Source: Bacteroidales bacterium (GTDB lineage Bacteria > Bacteroidota > Bacteroidia > Bacteroidales > FEN-979). From it: DNA of 64,000 nucleotides. Positions 27,470 through 37,102 of the stretch are shown here, piece after piece; the first letter of the stretch is position 1; every line of letters begins with the position of its first letter. The position numbers were made by a program, and so were the translations under genes. Below the pieces are notes generated by a model. The model was not told the DNA's origin. It saw nothing but the letters and a program-made list of their open reading frames with translations, and did not search any database. The DNA is taken from NCBI GenBank assembly GCA_014860625.1, contig JACZJJ010000119.1, forward strand, positions 363 to 64,362, given 5' to 3'.

Positions 27470-28426
27470 ATGCAAAACGTAATCCTCAAAACCGAGTTCA
27501 ACTTTCCGGGGCAAAAAAGCCTTTACAAAGGGAAAGTACGTGACGTGTATAATATCGGCGACACCTATCTGGTGATGGTCACCTCCGACAGGATCAGTGC
27601 ATTTGACGTAGTGCTTCCAAGAGGCATTCCTTACAAAGGCCAGGTGTTGAACCAGATTGCAGTGAAATTCCTGGATGCCACCGCCGATATCTGTCCCAAC
27701 TGGAAGATCGACAGCCCGGATCCCAGCGTAACGATTGGTAAATATTGCAAGCCTTTCCCGGTAGAGATGATTATCCGGGGCTACCTCACGGGAAGTTCGT
27801 GGAGGACATACAAAAAGGGTGCACGTGAGATCTGCGGCGTCTCCATTCCCGACGGGATGAAAGAGCACCAGCGATTCACTGAGCCCATCCTCACTCCAAC
27901 TACCAAAGCCACGGAAGGGCATGATGAAGATATCTCAAAAGAGGAGATCCTTCAACAGGGACTTGTCTCGCCGGAAGATTATGCCTTGCTTGAGAAATAT
28001 ACCCGGGAACTCTTCAACAGAGGCACTGAGATGGCCAAAGAGAAGGGATTGATACTCGTTGATACGAAGTATGAGTTTGGTAAAGGCGAAGATGGCACCA
28101 TTTATCTCATCGACGAAATTCATACCCCCGACTCGTCCCGTTATTTCTACCTCGACGGATACGAAGAGCGTCAGGCAAACGGCGAACAGCAGAAACAGCT
28201 TTCGAAAGAGTTTGTCCGCGAATGGCTCATGGCGAATAACTTCATGGGAAATCCGGGTCAGCAGGTTCCCGATATGACCGATGAGATCGTGAACCAGATT
28301 TCCGAACGCTACATTGAGCTGTATGAGCAGATCACCGGTGAAGAATTCATCAAATCAGATACATCTGAAGTGATCAAACGTGTAGAGCATAATATTCTCA
28401 ATTGGCTTCAATCGCACGTAAAATAA
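27470..28426 (+). CDS. purC: phosphoribosylaminoimidazole-succinocarboxamide synthase (SAICAR synthetase)
   Basis: [43 protein letters not shown]. Confidence 0.88.
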   Translation: MQNVILKTEFNFPGQKSLYKGKVRDVYNIGDTYLVMVTSDRISAFDVVLPRGIPYKGQVLNQIAVKFLDATADICPNWKIDSPDPSVTIGKYCKPFPVEMIIRGYLTGSSWRTYKKGAREICGVSIPDGMKEHQRFTEPILTPTTKATEGHDEDISKEEILQQGLVSPEDYALLEKYTRELFNRGTEMAKEKGLILVDTKYEFGKGEDGTIYLIDEIHTPDSSRYFYLDGYEERQANGEQQKQLSKEFVREWLMANNFMGNPGQQVPDMTDEIVNQISERYIELYEQITGEEFIKSDTSEVIKRVEHNILNWLQSHVK

Positions 28427-28427
28427 G

Positions 28428-28458
28428 TTCGTAATTCTTCATTCCTAATTCGTAATTC
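28428..28458. repeat. heptamer repeat TTCGTAA TTCTTCA TTCCTAA TTCGTAA TTC
   Basis: Read directly. It starts 2 nt after the purC TAA and ends 3 nt before the TTG start at 28462. Confidence 0.9.
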
Positions 28459-28461
28459 ACC

Positions 28462-29691
28462 TTGATCCCCTTCTCCCCTCCCCGAATGGACAAAAAGATC
28501 GTCGATGCAGTCGTCGAGGCGCTCTATTCGGGGTGGATCACCACAGGGCCGCGCACCAAAAGATTCGAGAAGATGCTCACGGCACAGGGAGGTCAGCAGA
28601 CCACCCTGTGCGTCAACTCGGCTACGGCCGGACTTGAACTGGTGCTTCACTGGTATGGCGTGGGACCTGGAGATGAAGTAATCGTTCCGGCTTATACCTA
28701 CAACGCCACCGCCAACGTGGTTGTTCACTGTGGAGCAAAAGTGGTCTTCGCTGATGCCGGAGCAGATTTCAACATCAGCGTTGAAGCCATTGAACGGGCC
28801 ATCACATCCCGGACAAAAGTCATCATCCCGGTGGATATCGGAGGGTATCCCTGTAACTATGATGAGATAAACGAGCTGGTCGGCCAACAGGAGGTCCGTA
28901 CTCTTTTTCAGGCTGACACCCCAGCGCAGAAACAACTGGGACGAATCCTGGTCCTCTCAGATGCCGCTCATTCGCTGGGAGCCTGGTACAAGGGGAAGCG
29001 AGTAGGGTCTCTCACCGACATCACTGTCTATTCGTTTCATGCCGTAAAAAACCTTACCACAGCTGAAGGCGGAGCCATCTGCTTCAACCTTCCCGCTCCT
29101 TTCGATAACCAGAAGATCTACGAGAGGCTGAACATCAAATCGCTTCACGGTCAAACAAAGGACGCGCTGGCGAAGTCACAGGTAGGAAACTGGCGTTACG
29201 ACATTGTGGAAGCCGGTTACAAGTGCAACATGACCGACATCCAGGCTGCCATGGGAATTGTGGAACTGGAGCGGTACGACACCGATATGCTTCCCCGACG
29301 TAAAGCCATTTTTCACCGGTATTCCAACGCTCTAAAAAACTATAAATGGGTTCAACTTCCCCCTTTCGAGACCCCTGAAAAAACCAGTTCATATCATGTC
29401 TTCGCGTTACGCATCAAGGGCATCACAGAAGAACAGCGGGACCAGATCATTGCAGGGATCTTCACACGGGAGGTGGCGGTGAATGTTCACTTTGTGCCTC
29501 TTCCCATGATGACCTATTACAAAGATGCCGGATACCGGATGCCGGATTATCCTGTTTCTTATGACAACTATTCCCGCGAGATTACTTTGCCGGTTTATTA
29601 TGATCTCACGGATGAGATGGTGGATACGGTTGTGCAGGCGGTGGTGGAGGCGATGGAAGAGGAGATGCGGCAACCTGGAAGAAATCCCTGA
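28462..29691 (+). CDS. DegT/DnrJ/EryC1/StrS-family PLP-dependent sugar aminotransferase
   Basis: The conserved N-terminus IPFSPPRMDKKIVDAVVEALYSGWIT supports the TTG start. SFHAVKNLTTAEGGAI carries the PLP lysine. Confidence 0.8.
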   Translation: MIPFSPPRMDKKIVDAVVEALYSGWITTGPRTKRFEKMLTAQGGQQTTLCVNSATAGLELVLHWYGVGPGDEVIVPAYTYNATANVVVHCGAKVVFADAGADFNISVEAIERAITSRTKVIIPVDIGGYPCNYDEINELVGQQEVRTLFQADTPAQKQLGRILVLSDAAHSLGAWYKGKRVGSLTDITVYSFHAVKNLTTAEGGAICFNLPAPFDNQKIYERLNIKSLHGQTKDALAKSQVGNWRYDIVEAGYKCNMTDIQAAMGIVELERYDTDMLPRRKAIFHRYSNALKNYKWVQLPPFETPEKTSSYHVFALRIKGITEEQRDQIIAGIFTREVAVNVHFVPLPMMTYYKDAGYRMPDYPVSYDNYSREITLPVYYDLTDEMVDTVVQAVVEAMEEEMRQPGRNP

Positions 29692-29806
29692 CTAAGATAG
29701 TGACCGTACCACAAACCTGGAAGAATCAGACGATCAGATTTAAGCCGCAACCATATACTTAATTTCTATTGCCAGGTATCGTTGAATATCCACTGGAACG
29801 AAGTAA

Positions 29807-29827
29807 GGGCGGGTTCCAAACCCGCCC
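29807..29827. terminator. GC hairpin between convergent genes (gggcgggtt-cca-aacccgccc)
   Basis: 9-bp perfect stem located 6 nt beyond the guaD stop. Flanking T/A runs are weak, so a terminator role is inferred. Confidence 0.5.
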
Positions 29828-29832
29828 GCTTC

Positions 29833-31161
29833 CTACTCAAAACCCTTCATACTCTGCCCATAAATATACGTCTCTTCTATCAGGCTGCTGTCGCCAAGGG
29901 TCATCAGTACAAACAACAGCTCATAAATGTTTTTTACTCTGGCACTCCTGTAGCTGAGAAGTTCAGTGGCTTTTGGGTCGATGATAATAAAGTCGGCTTC
30001 CTTGCCAGGTTTGAAACTGCCGATGAAATCCGATAATCCTAAAGACTTGGCTGCTCCCAGGGTTGCCAGAAACCAGCGGGTCATGGAATAGACCTTGAAA
30101 TCCTGAAGCATTGAAATCTTGTAGAATTCATCCAGCACGGCCAACATCGAGAGCGTATTGCCCGCACCCCAGTCTGAACCCAGCGTGATCCTATCTGTAA
30201 ATTCCATCATTTTTCTGAAATTGAACAAGCCACTACCTAAAAAGCTGTTACTAATAGGGCAGCATGAGATGATTACCTTCTTATCACGCATTCCCTCATA
30301 TTCATCTTCCGTGAGATGGAGACAGTGTCCGAAAATTGTTTTATCCGTGGCTAGTCCGAACCGATCGTATACATCCAGATAGTTTTTACTCCAGGGGAAC
30401 AGTTTTTTAATCCCTTCAATTTCTGCAAAATTTTCATCAATGTGCGACTGAATATAAAGATCGGGGAATTCCATTTTAAGAGCACCCGCCAAACCCAGAA
30501 GTTCTTCACTGGATGAAAATGCGAACCTTGGCGTAATTGCATAAGATAGTCGTCCTTTGTTGTGCCACTTCAGAATAATTTCCCGGGCTATTTCATAATT
30601 TTCTTTCGCTGGAAGTGAGAGATACTTGGGAGAATTTCGATCCTGCATGGTATTCCCCGTGATAAACCTCATGTTTCTGCGGGATAGCTCTTCAAACAGA
30701 ATATCCGTCGCCTTGTATTTCAAAGGTCCATATCCGCAAGCTGTCGTTGTTCCATTCTTGATTAATTCCTTTAGGAAGAAATTAATGTCTATCCGTGCAG
30801 CCAAATCATCGTGATAGGCTGCCTCACACGGGAATACATAATTGTTCAGCCACTCAAGGAGTTTTTCACCATAGGCAGCAACAATCCCCGATTGCGTGAC
30901 GTGAAGGTGGGTATCAACAAATCCCGGTGTAATCATTTTTCCCGAATAATCAATAATCTGAGCATCCTGGAAGTCTTTGATGCAAGTATCGTAATCGCCT
31001 ACAGCTTTAATTTTCCCATTCTCCACCGCCAGAAGGCCATTCTCTATATAATGATACAATCTCCCGGGTGCCTCTTTGTCTGGTGAAAAATCCTTCAGCG
31101 TTATATTTTCGTTGAAATAAAAAATATTCCCTTTGTATAGTTTGAGGTCTGTTGTTTTCAT
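29833..31161 (-). CDS. guaD: guanine deaminase (amidohydrolase superfamily)
   Basis: GFVDTHLHVTQ, LLEWLNNYVFPCE, NGTTTACGYG, FGHCLHLTEDE, GSDWGAG. ATG at 31161 (MKTTDLKLYKG) is preferred, because the listed start overlaps the MFS gene. Confidence 0.72.
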   Translation of the reverse strand: MKTTDLKLYKGNIFYFNENITLKDFSPDKEAPGRLYHYIENGLLAVENGKIKAVGDYDTCIKDFQDAQIIDYSGKMITPGFVDTHLHVTQSGIVAAYGEKLLEWLNNYVFPCEAAYHDDLAARIDINFFLKELIKNGTTTACGYGPLKYKATDILFEELSRRNMRFITGNTMQDRNSPKYLSLPAKENYEIAREIILKWHNKGRLSYAITPRFAFSSSEELLGLAGALKMEFPDLYIQSHIDENFAEIEGIKKLFPWSKNYLDVYDRFGLATDKTIFGHCLHLTEDEYEGMRDKKVIISCCPISNSFLGSGLFNFRKMMEFTDRITLGSDWGAGNTLSMLAVLDEFYKISMLQDFKVYSMTRWFLATLGAAKSLGLSDFIGSFKPGKEADFIIIDPKATELLSYRSARVKNIYELLFVLMTLGDSSLIEETYIYGQSMKGFE

Positions 31162-31168
31162 TGTGCTA

Positions 31169-31196
31169 TTGCTGGTTACTGGTTGCTGGTTGCTGG
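31169..31196. repeat. heptamer tandem repeat TTGCTGG x4 (one unit TTACTGG)
   Basis: Read directly. It contains the MFS stop codon (31176-31178) and encodes its tail ...PATSNQ. Confidence 0.95.
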
Positions 31197-32411
31197 TTTT
31201 GGGGGTTTTAAATAAGCCAGAAGTCCGATGGAAATAACAATGCAAAATGGGAAAAGCCAAAGGGTGTTATAAAAAGTAGAGGTTTTAGTATCAAAAGCAT
31301 ACGGAAGGGATAATAAGAGGGTATTGACGAGAAAAACCACCGTATTCACCACACTCAGTGCAATCCCAGTCAGGTGTTTCGGGACCATGTTGGCTGCGAT
31401 AGTATAAAAAAGCTGAGACCCTCCCAGAAAGAACCCGATACAGAAAGCGATCGTTTCTGCAATGATAAGTGTATTGATGTTAAAATGTGGGAGGTAGATT
31501 CCAACGAGGAGAAACAGGGTTCCCATGATCAATGTTGAGTGGATCAGGGTATTCAACACCTTAACATACCTTGCGATCAATCCCCAAAAGAAGGTGCCAA
31601 GCCCCACTCCCATAAAGGTAAGTGTGGCAAAGAAGAGTATTTGATCTTCCGGGACCTGATAAAAGTTTTCCACTTTGACATACCAGAAACTCACATACGC
31701 GAGCAGTGCACCAAATGAGAAAGCGGCAGATAAAGAGCAAAGCCAGATTTTGGGAATCCGAATAACCTGGTGTACCGAAGAAATCAAGGAGGGCTTTGGT
31801 CCTGAATTCGTTTCAATCACATCCTTTTTGGGATCGTGAAAGAAAATCAAGGTGATGATGCATAAGATCGCTCCTGCTATTGCTAAAAAGAGATAGACTG
31901 TTTCCCAGGGACGAATTGCAAGCTGATCGGATAACAGGGTGTGGATAAACCCAGTCGAAAAACAGGAAAGCGTATTGGTAAGCCCGAACATCAGTGGAAA
32001 AGCGGCAAAACTAAACCATTTCGAGATCGATTTTCCGGCTGCGATGAAGGCGAACGAGCCTCCGATCCCCATGATGAAGTTAGCCAGAGAAAAGGAGATA
32101 AGGTTCGACGATCGTGAAATGAGAAAAGCTCCTGCGGTAAGAATGAAGATCGCACAACTTACGATCAGTTTGTTGTTAAACCTGTCGAGCAGCGCTCCTG
32201 CCGGGATCTGCATCAGGGCAAATCCCACAATAAACGCTCCCATAGCAATTGCTGTCTGGGTTTCAGTAAGGTTAAGTGTGTGTTCAATCGCCCCCGAAAA
32301 CACTCCCGCAGCCGTGTTCAGACAAAATGAGAATACCACAAAAAGTGATATGACGAACCACACAACATAACCGTAAAGATTTTGAATTGGTTTATTCTGC
32401 TCCATGTTCAA
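31176..32411 (-). CDS. MFS transporter
   Basis: 411 aa with ~12 hydrophobic segments and a D-R-x-N loop (LLDRFNNK) after TM2. Confidence 0.7.
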   Translation of the reverse strand: MNMEQNKPIQNLYGYVVWFVISLFVVFSFCLNTAAGVFSGAIEHTLNLTETQTAIAMGAFIVGFALMQIPAGALLDRFNNKLIVSCAIFILTAGAFLISRSSNLISFSLANFIMGIGGSFAFIAAGKSISKWFSFAAFPLMFGLTNTLSCFSTGFIHTLLSDQLAIRPWETVYLFLAIAGAILCIITLIFFHDPKKDVIETNSGPKPSLISSVHQVIRIPKIWLCSLSAAFSFGALLAYVSFWYVKVENFYQVPEDQILFFATLTFMGVGLGTFFWGLIARYVKVLNTLIHSTLIMGTLFLLVGIYLPHFNINTLIIAETIAFCIGFFLGGSQLFYTIAANMVPKHLTGIALSVVNTVVFLVNTLLLSLPYAFDTKTSTFYNTLWLFPFCIVISIGLLAYLKPPKPATSNQ

Positions 32412-32573
32412 TGTGTTAAAGATTCAAAGGTAATTGTAAAGTTGATGTGTAAAAAATAACAGTTCAAGATAAAAAAAATGAAAAAAAACTCCCTCCAACC
32501 TGTTACCTTTTGCCCCTAAACCTGATTAATGGGTGTTAAAAGTCAAATTATTCACCCATAAATCTACCAAATC

Positions 32574-33281
32574 ATGAAAAATCAACATTTTGTTCCAGCC
32601 ATCAACAATTACTGTGACCGTTGGTGCAGTAAGTGTTCCAAAGCAACCCAATGTCAGCTTTTTGCTAAAAAACAAACGCAGCAACTAAATGGTATAAAGA
32701 TGGATTTCCAGAATGAAGGTTTCTGGAAAAGATTAATTGAGAATCTTTCAAGTGCCACTGTTGAATTAGAAAAAGCGTTAGCAGAATTTAAAACCGATCC
32801 GAACAATGACACCTCTGTGACACATTCTCCCTTTTATGAAAAGCAGCTTGAATTGCTTGACCAGTCCTCCCTCTATGGCATGGAAGTCAACCGATGGCTA
32901 ACCGAAATTCAAGATTATCTGAGCGACTTTTTCAGATTTTCCGAAGATAACGGGAATGTGTCAATCATCACTATCAATGATGCCTGTGAAGTTCTTCGAT
33001 GGTATAGCATGTTGATTAGTGTCAAAATCAGCCAGGCTTCCTTTCAGCATAAATGGGAAGGCAAAGAGACCATAAAATACGATGAGCAGATCGGATCTGC
33101 CAAAGTAGCTTTGATAGGTTTGGAGAGTTCAATGGCTGCCTTTTTAAAAATCTTAACAGGATTTCCACAATACGAAGACCAAATCTTAGTATTTCTCGCT
33201 AAACTTGCAATTATAAAACAAGAAGTAAATCGTCTGTTCCCGGAGGCCGAGTCATTCAAACGCCCGGGATTTGATAGTTGA
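32574..33281 (+). CDS. hypothetical protein with N-terminal CX3CX2CX5C cluster
   Basis: The ORF has no family recognised. The cysteines are C14/C18/C21/C27 (CDRWCSKCSKATQC), and the rest looks helical. Confidence 0.5.
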   Translation: MKNQHFVPAINNYCDRWCSKCSKATQCQLFAKKQTQQLNGIKMDFQNEGFWKRLIENLSSATVELEKALAEFKTDPNNDTSVTHSPFYEKQLELLDQSSLYGMEVNRWLTEIQDYLSDFFRFSEDNGNVSIITINDACEVLRWYSMLISVKISQASFQHKWEGKETIKYDEQIGSAKVALIGLESSMAAFLKILTGFPQYEDQILVFLAKLAIIKQEVNRLFPEAESFKRPGFDS

Positions 33282-33312
33282 AACATGAAAACAATTCAGG
33301 TTAAACACCTGG

Positions 33313-33918
33313 ATGGACGGAAAGTCTCTTATGATCCGAATATTCGACATCTTCATCTCCCTGATCGGGCTATTGGTTCTCGCACCACTTTTTATTGTGA
33401 TCATGCTGATCATTCCGCTGGATTCAAGAGGATGTATCTTTTTTCTTCAGAGCAGGGTGGGACATCTTGGAAAAGAGTTCAGGCTGATCAAATTCAGGAC
33501 CATGGTGACCGATGCACAGAGTCGTGGCGGCCTTACCATTGGTGTGCGCGACAGCAGGATTACCAGGGCAGGCCGGTTTCTGCGGAAATATAAACTGGAT
33601 GAGATCCCTCAGCTCATCAACGTGCTTAAAGGGGAGATGAGCCTTGTAGGTCCACGACCGGAAATCAGGAAATATGTTGAGATGTACACTGAAGGGCAAA
33701 AGCAGGTTCTGAAGGTAAGGCCGGGAATCACCGATTATGCCTCCATTGAATACATCAATGAAAATGAGATTCTGGGCAAAGCTGAAAATCCTGAGAAAAC
33801 TTACATCGAAGAGGTAATGCCGGCAAAGATTGAACTGAATATGAAGTTCATCGAACACCCGACTCTTGCAAACTATTTCCGCATCCTGTGGAAGACCCTT
33901 GGTCGACTAATTTTCTGA
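33313..33918 (+). CDS. undecaprenyl-phosphate sugar phosphotransferase (small PglC-type bacterial sugar transferase)
   Basis: IFDIFISLIGLLVLAPLF, KFRTM, DEIPQLINVLKGEMSLVGPRP, PGITDYA. The start could instead be the Met at 33331. Confidence 0.82.
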   Translation: MDGKSLMIRIFDIFISLIGLLVLAPLFIVIMLIIPLDSRGCIFFLQSRVGHLGKEFRLIKFRTMVTDAQSRGGLTIGVRDSRITRAGRFLRKYKLDEIPQLINVLKGEMSLVGPRPEIRKYVEMYTEGQKQVLKVRPGITDYASIEYINENEILGKAENPEKTYIEEVMPAKIELNMKFIEHPTLANYFRILWKTLGRLIF

Positions 33919-33935
33919 TGAAATGTTCCTGACCG

Positions 33936-35057
33936 TTAGTGCATAACAACCATTTTCCGTGTCATCACGGCATCATCGGCTTTCAGGATACAGTAATAGA
34001 TCCCTTCTGCAATACCTTTGGCATCCCACGGGATCTCATAATAACCGGCTCCCATTTTTTCGTCCACTACTGTTGCCTTCATGGTTCCAGTCGCATCAAA
34101 AATCCGGACGATCACCCTGGTGTTGGAATTCTTAACCTCCAGCGGGATATAGGTGAATGAACGGAAGGGGTTAGGAAAGTTCTGAAACATGAGGGTTGTT
34201 TCAGATGCAATGAGTTCCGGCAGAGCATTTGGATCCATCACCGGCTTGCCAGCTTCCAGCCAGGCCGTATAAATCATTGATGAAAGTGCAAGCGATCCCC
34301 GCTGAAACAGAGGAATCGTAAACGAAACCGATTGATCCCATAGCGTCTGGTAATAGATTCCCGATGAGGTATTCCCGGCAACGGACTGTGCATAATCATC
34401 AGCCAGAAGAATACTGTCAAGGCAGGGATAATTTCCATAGATATAGTTAAAAATGAACCCTCGCACATCGGTAATCAGATTTACCGAATCATCCGTAATG
34501 ACAATCTGCGATGCAAACTGGTTGATCATCTTCGATTCGTAACGGGAGTGGATACCGGTATTTCCCGAATACTGACCGTTGTAGTTCCTTGTCAGGTGCA
34601 TTGGCATATGACCATCTCCAATATAATGCCCCAGGTCGGCAGCAAACAAACCTGCTTTCTCCCAGTTTTTCCTGGCGAAACAACTAACCAGTGAATCGTA
34701 TGATGCAAGTGTAGCCCATGGCAATACTCCCTGGTCGATGACAAACGAATACCCGAATTCTGTTATGAGTGAATCCAGATCCTGGTTGATCCTTCCGGAA
34801 AAGATAAACTCAGGATAGTTGTCAATGTCGATATAGTGGCGGGGGGCTTCATTGGGATCTGTCTCTTTCCGGTAATCGGCATCAGAAGCGTGAAGCCTCA
34901 CAATATCTGTCCATGCGGGCGCCAGAAATGCCATCTCCTGAGGTAAAATGAGACTTACCCCTCCGCTGATTTTCTGATGACCCTGGTAGCCCCATGAGGA
35001 GAGTAATACGATCGCCAACAGGGAGACGATTGGGAGAAAGGGTTTTGTATTAGTCAT
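33936..35057 (-). CDS. S1/P1 nuclease-like (zinc phospholipase C/P1 nuclease superfamily) secreted protein with T9SS CTD
   Basis: WGYQGHQKI after the signal peptide, PRHYIDID, LGHYIGDGHMPMHL. The C-terminal FQNFPNPF...GIYYCILKADDAVMTRKMVVMH is a T9SS CTD. Confidence 0.55.
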   Translation of the reverse strand: MTNTKPFLPIVSLLAIVLLSSWGYQGHQKISGGVSLILPQEMAFLAPAWTDIVRLHASDADYRKETDPNEAPRHYIDIDNYPEFIFSGRINQDLDSLITEFGYSFVIDQGVLPWATLASYDSLVSCFARKNWEKAGLFAADLGHYIGDGHMPMHLTRNYNGQYSGNTGIHSRYESKMINQFASQIVITDDSVNLITDVRGFIFNYIYGNYPCLDSILLADDYAQSVAGNTSSGIYYQTLWDQSVSFTIPLFQRGSLALSSMIYTAWLEAGKPVMDPNALPELIASETTLMFQNFPNPFRSFTYIPLEVKNSNTRVIVRIFDATGTMKATVVDEKMGAGYYEIPWDAKGIAEGIYYCILKADDAVMTRKMVVMH

Positions 35058-35068
35058 TTGTCAATAGG

Positions 35069-35086
35069 GTCATTAAAGTCATTAAG
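35069..35086. repeat. 9-mer direct repeat GTCATTAAA GTCATTAAG
   Basis: Read directly. Only two units, in the intergenic spacer. Confidence 0.6.
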
Positions 35087-35108
35087 GGAAATATCGTTTA
35101 TTTTGGAT

Positions 35109-36008
35109 TCAGAATTCAGCATGATCTTCATTGTGCTCAAATGCCTCTTTCATCAATTCCTGCAGGGCATTCAGTTCCTCTACTTTCTCAGGGTTCCCCA
35201 ACTGGGTATAAGTCAGGATCATATTGCTAACCAGTCGCTGAATAATATCCACATTGGAGCACGGATTGAAAAAAGAGGGTTCTGGCTTGAGCTTCATCTG
35301 ATTGAGGAAGAGATCAATTTCCCGCCGGGTAAATACAGCTCCTTTGTTGAATGGATTGATATAAAAAAGAACGTCTGATGTCTCTTTTCCCGGGTGATAA
35401 AGTTCAGTTGTATAGGCGAGGATAAAGTGCTGAGGAAGATTCACTCCCTGAATCGGCAGTTTCAGCTTCTGTGCCAGGATGAGGTAGAGAATTCCAAGGG
35501 TCAGCGGACTCCCTTTTCGTGTTTCCAGAACCGTATTGATATACTGATTTGTAGGGGCGTACAGGTTGATCCTGTTCCCTTCAAACCTATGCATGTCATA
35601 AAAGATATGGTTCATGACCTTTACGTTTTCCAGAGCAGTAAGGTTGTCGTTCAGCTCCAGCCAGGCATCCATCTTCATCTGCTCCAGCGTAACAGTAATC
35701 TCCGCTGCATTCAGCTCGGGGTAATGGCTTCGGGAGATCAGGAGAAATCCTTTCAGCAAATCGGACGATCCGAGTTTCATCCAATCAATCAACTGGTGGC
35801 GGAAACCCTCCTGCTGTATCTGATGAATGATCCATTCGATCCTCCCCTGCACGAGTTCATCAAAACTATTCTCCCAGGCTGTTTCGAGGGATGGAACTGC
35901 CTGTTCTCCAAAAGCAAAGATCTTCTCTTTGATGAGGTTGAACGTCTTGTCATCTGGCTCATCCAAAAGATTGATCAATGCGGAAAGCTGGCTGTGGTTC
36001 GTGATCAT
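35109..36008 (-). CDS. SirB1-like transglutaminase-fold/TPR family protein
   Basis: FYDMHRFEGNRINLYAPTNQYINTVLETRKGSPLTLGILYLILAQKLKLPIQGVNLPQHFILAY resembles the SirB1/UPF0162 core. Confidence 0.55.
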   Translation of the reverse strand: MITNHSQLSALINLLDEPDDKTFNLIKEKIFAFGEQAVPSLETAWENSFDELVQGRIEWIIHQIQQEGFRHQLIDWMKLGSSDLLKGFLLISRSHYPELNAAEITVTLEQMKMDAWLELNDNLTALENVKVMNHIFYDMHRFEGNRINLYAPTNQYINTVLETRKGSPLTLGILYLILAQKLKLPIQGVNLPQHFILAYTTELYHPGKETSDVLFYINPFNKGAVFTRREIDLFLNQMKLKPEPSFFNPCSNVDIIQRLVSNMILTYTQLGNPEKVEELNALQELMKEAFEHNEDHAEF

Positions 36009-36023
36009 GAGTAGTACAAAGAT

Positions 36024-36069
36024 AGCGAAAAGGAAAAAGCGAAATAGCGAGGTAGCGAAATAGCGAAAT
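36024..36069. repeat. octamer tandem repeat AGCGAAAT (x4 plus one degenerate unit)
   Basis: Read directly, in the intergenic spacer. It is the reverse complement of the ATTTCGCT/CTATTTCA family at 24793. Confidence 0.9.
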
Positions 36070-36079
36070 AAAAGAAACC

Positions 36080-36107
36080 AGTAATTAGTAACTAGGAATC
36101 TGTAATT
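36080..36107. repeat. degenerate heptamer repeat AGTAATT AGTAACT AGGAATC TGTAATT
   Basis: Read directly. It covers the TAG stop (36092-36094) and the C-terminal IITDS codons of the phosphorylase gene, and resembles the reverse complement of 28428..28458. Confidence 0.6.
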
Positions 36108-36970
36108 ATCCGATCCAGCACCATTTCTATTAAAGCACTGATCACCGGACCGTGGCTTGGATTGTACTCACCCGTTGCGCGGTTTGCGACCAGGGCACAG
36201 ATGGTGATGGTTTCATGCCCCATTAACGCTCCCAGTCCATAGAGAGCTGAAGTCTCCATCTCAAAATTTGTGATTCGGTGCACTCCGTATTGAAACTGCT
36301 GGAGTTTATTGATCATTTCAGGATCGGTCAGAGCCAGGTGCAATCCACGTCCCTGAGGCCCGTAAAAGCCGGGAGCCGTTACAGTAATCCCGGGGACAGT
36401 ACCCTTTGAGAAAAGTTGGACTAAACCTTCCGATCCCTTAATGAAATAAGGTAACGTGAGATGGGGGCTCCAGTTTACCTGCCGGGCAAAATGAGCAGAA
36501 AGTTCTTTATCAATGATATTTGGGTAATCGCGGTAAAAATAGATCACATTATCCAGTCCCATGGCATGGGTTGACAACCCGAAACTGTTGATGGTGATGT
36601 CGGGCTGAATGGCGCCGGAAGTCCCCAACCGGATAATGGTGAGGGTTTTGCGCTCAGGATTTGGGAGCCGGGTTTGAAGGTTGAAATTGGCCAGGGCATC
36701 CAGCTCCTGCATGACGATATCGATGTTATCTGTTCCGATTCCTGTCGACAGTGCCGTTATGCGTTTTCCGCGATACATCCCGGTATGAGAAATGAATTCG
36801 CGGTTCGAGACGTTGCATTCAATGCTGTCAAAAAAAACGGATACTTCAGGAACTCTTCCCGGGTCGCCCATGATGAGAACAGTTTCGGCCAACTGATCCG
36901 GTCTCAGACTCAGATGATACACACTCCCGTCGGCATTGACGATCAAATCCGGTTCTGCAAGGTTAATCAC
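36092..36970 (-). CDS. nucleoside phosphorylase (PNP_UDP_1 family, uridine phosphorylase-like)
   Basis: GDPGRV, STGIGTDNIDIVMQEL, RLGTSGA, FEMETSALYGL. Confidence 0.68.
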   Translation of the reverse strand: MINLAEPDLIVNADGSVYHLSLRPDQLAETVLIMGDPGRVPEVSVFFDSIECNVSNREFISHTGMYRGKRITALSTGIGTDNIDIVMQELDALANFNLQTRLPNPERKTLTIIRLGTSGAIQPDITINSFGLSTHAMGLDNVIYFYRDYPNIIDKELSAHFARQVNWSPHLTLPYFIKGSEGLVQLFSKGTVPGITVTAPGFYGPQGRGLHLALTDPEMINKLQQFQYGVHRITNFEMETSALYGLGALMGHETITICALVANRATGEYNPSHGPVISALIEMVLDRIITDS

Positions 36971-37071
36971 ATTCTTGAATTTTATAAGGACTCACAAAAG
37001 TAATCAATAGAAAGAAAAGAGAAGATGTCGCCGTCCAGACTTTTATGATTGGGAAAACCCGGAATTTTTCG

Positions 37072-37079
37072 TAAATTTG
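37072..37079 (+). promoter_or_regulatory. candidate -7 box TAAATTTG for the SPFH gene
   Basis: Matches TAnnTTTG, 24 nt upstream of the ATG at 37103. Confidence 0.45.
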
Positions 37080-37102
37080 TTGAAAATCAATAAAATCGAA
37101 CT

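Noticed and set aside
33285-33593. 102-aa ORF overlapping the sugar transferase gene in another frame
   Set aside because: It is fully overlapped by a gene with strong family motifs, and it has no features of its own.
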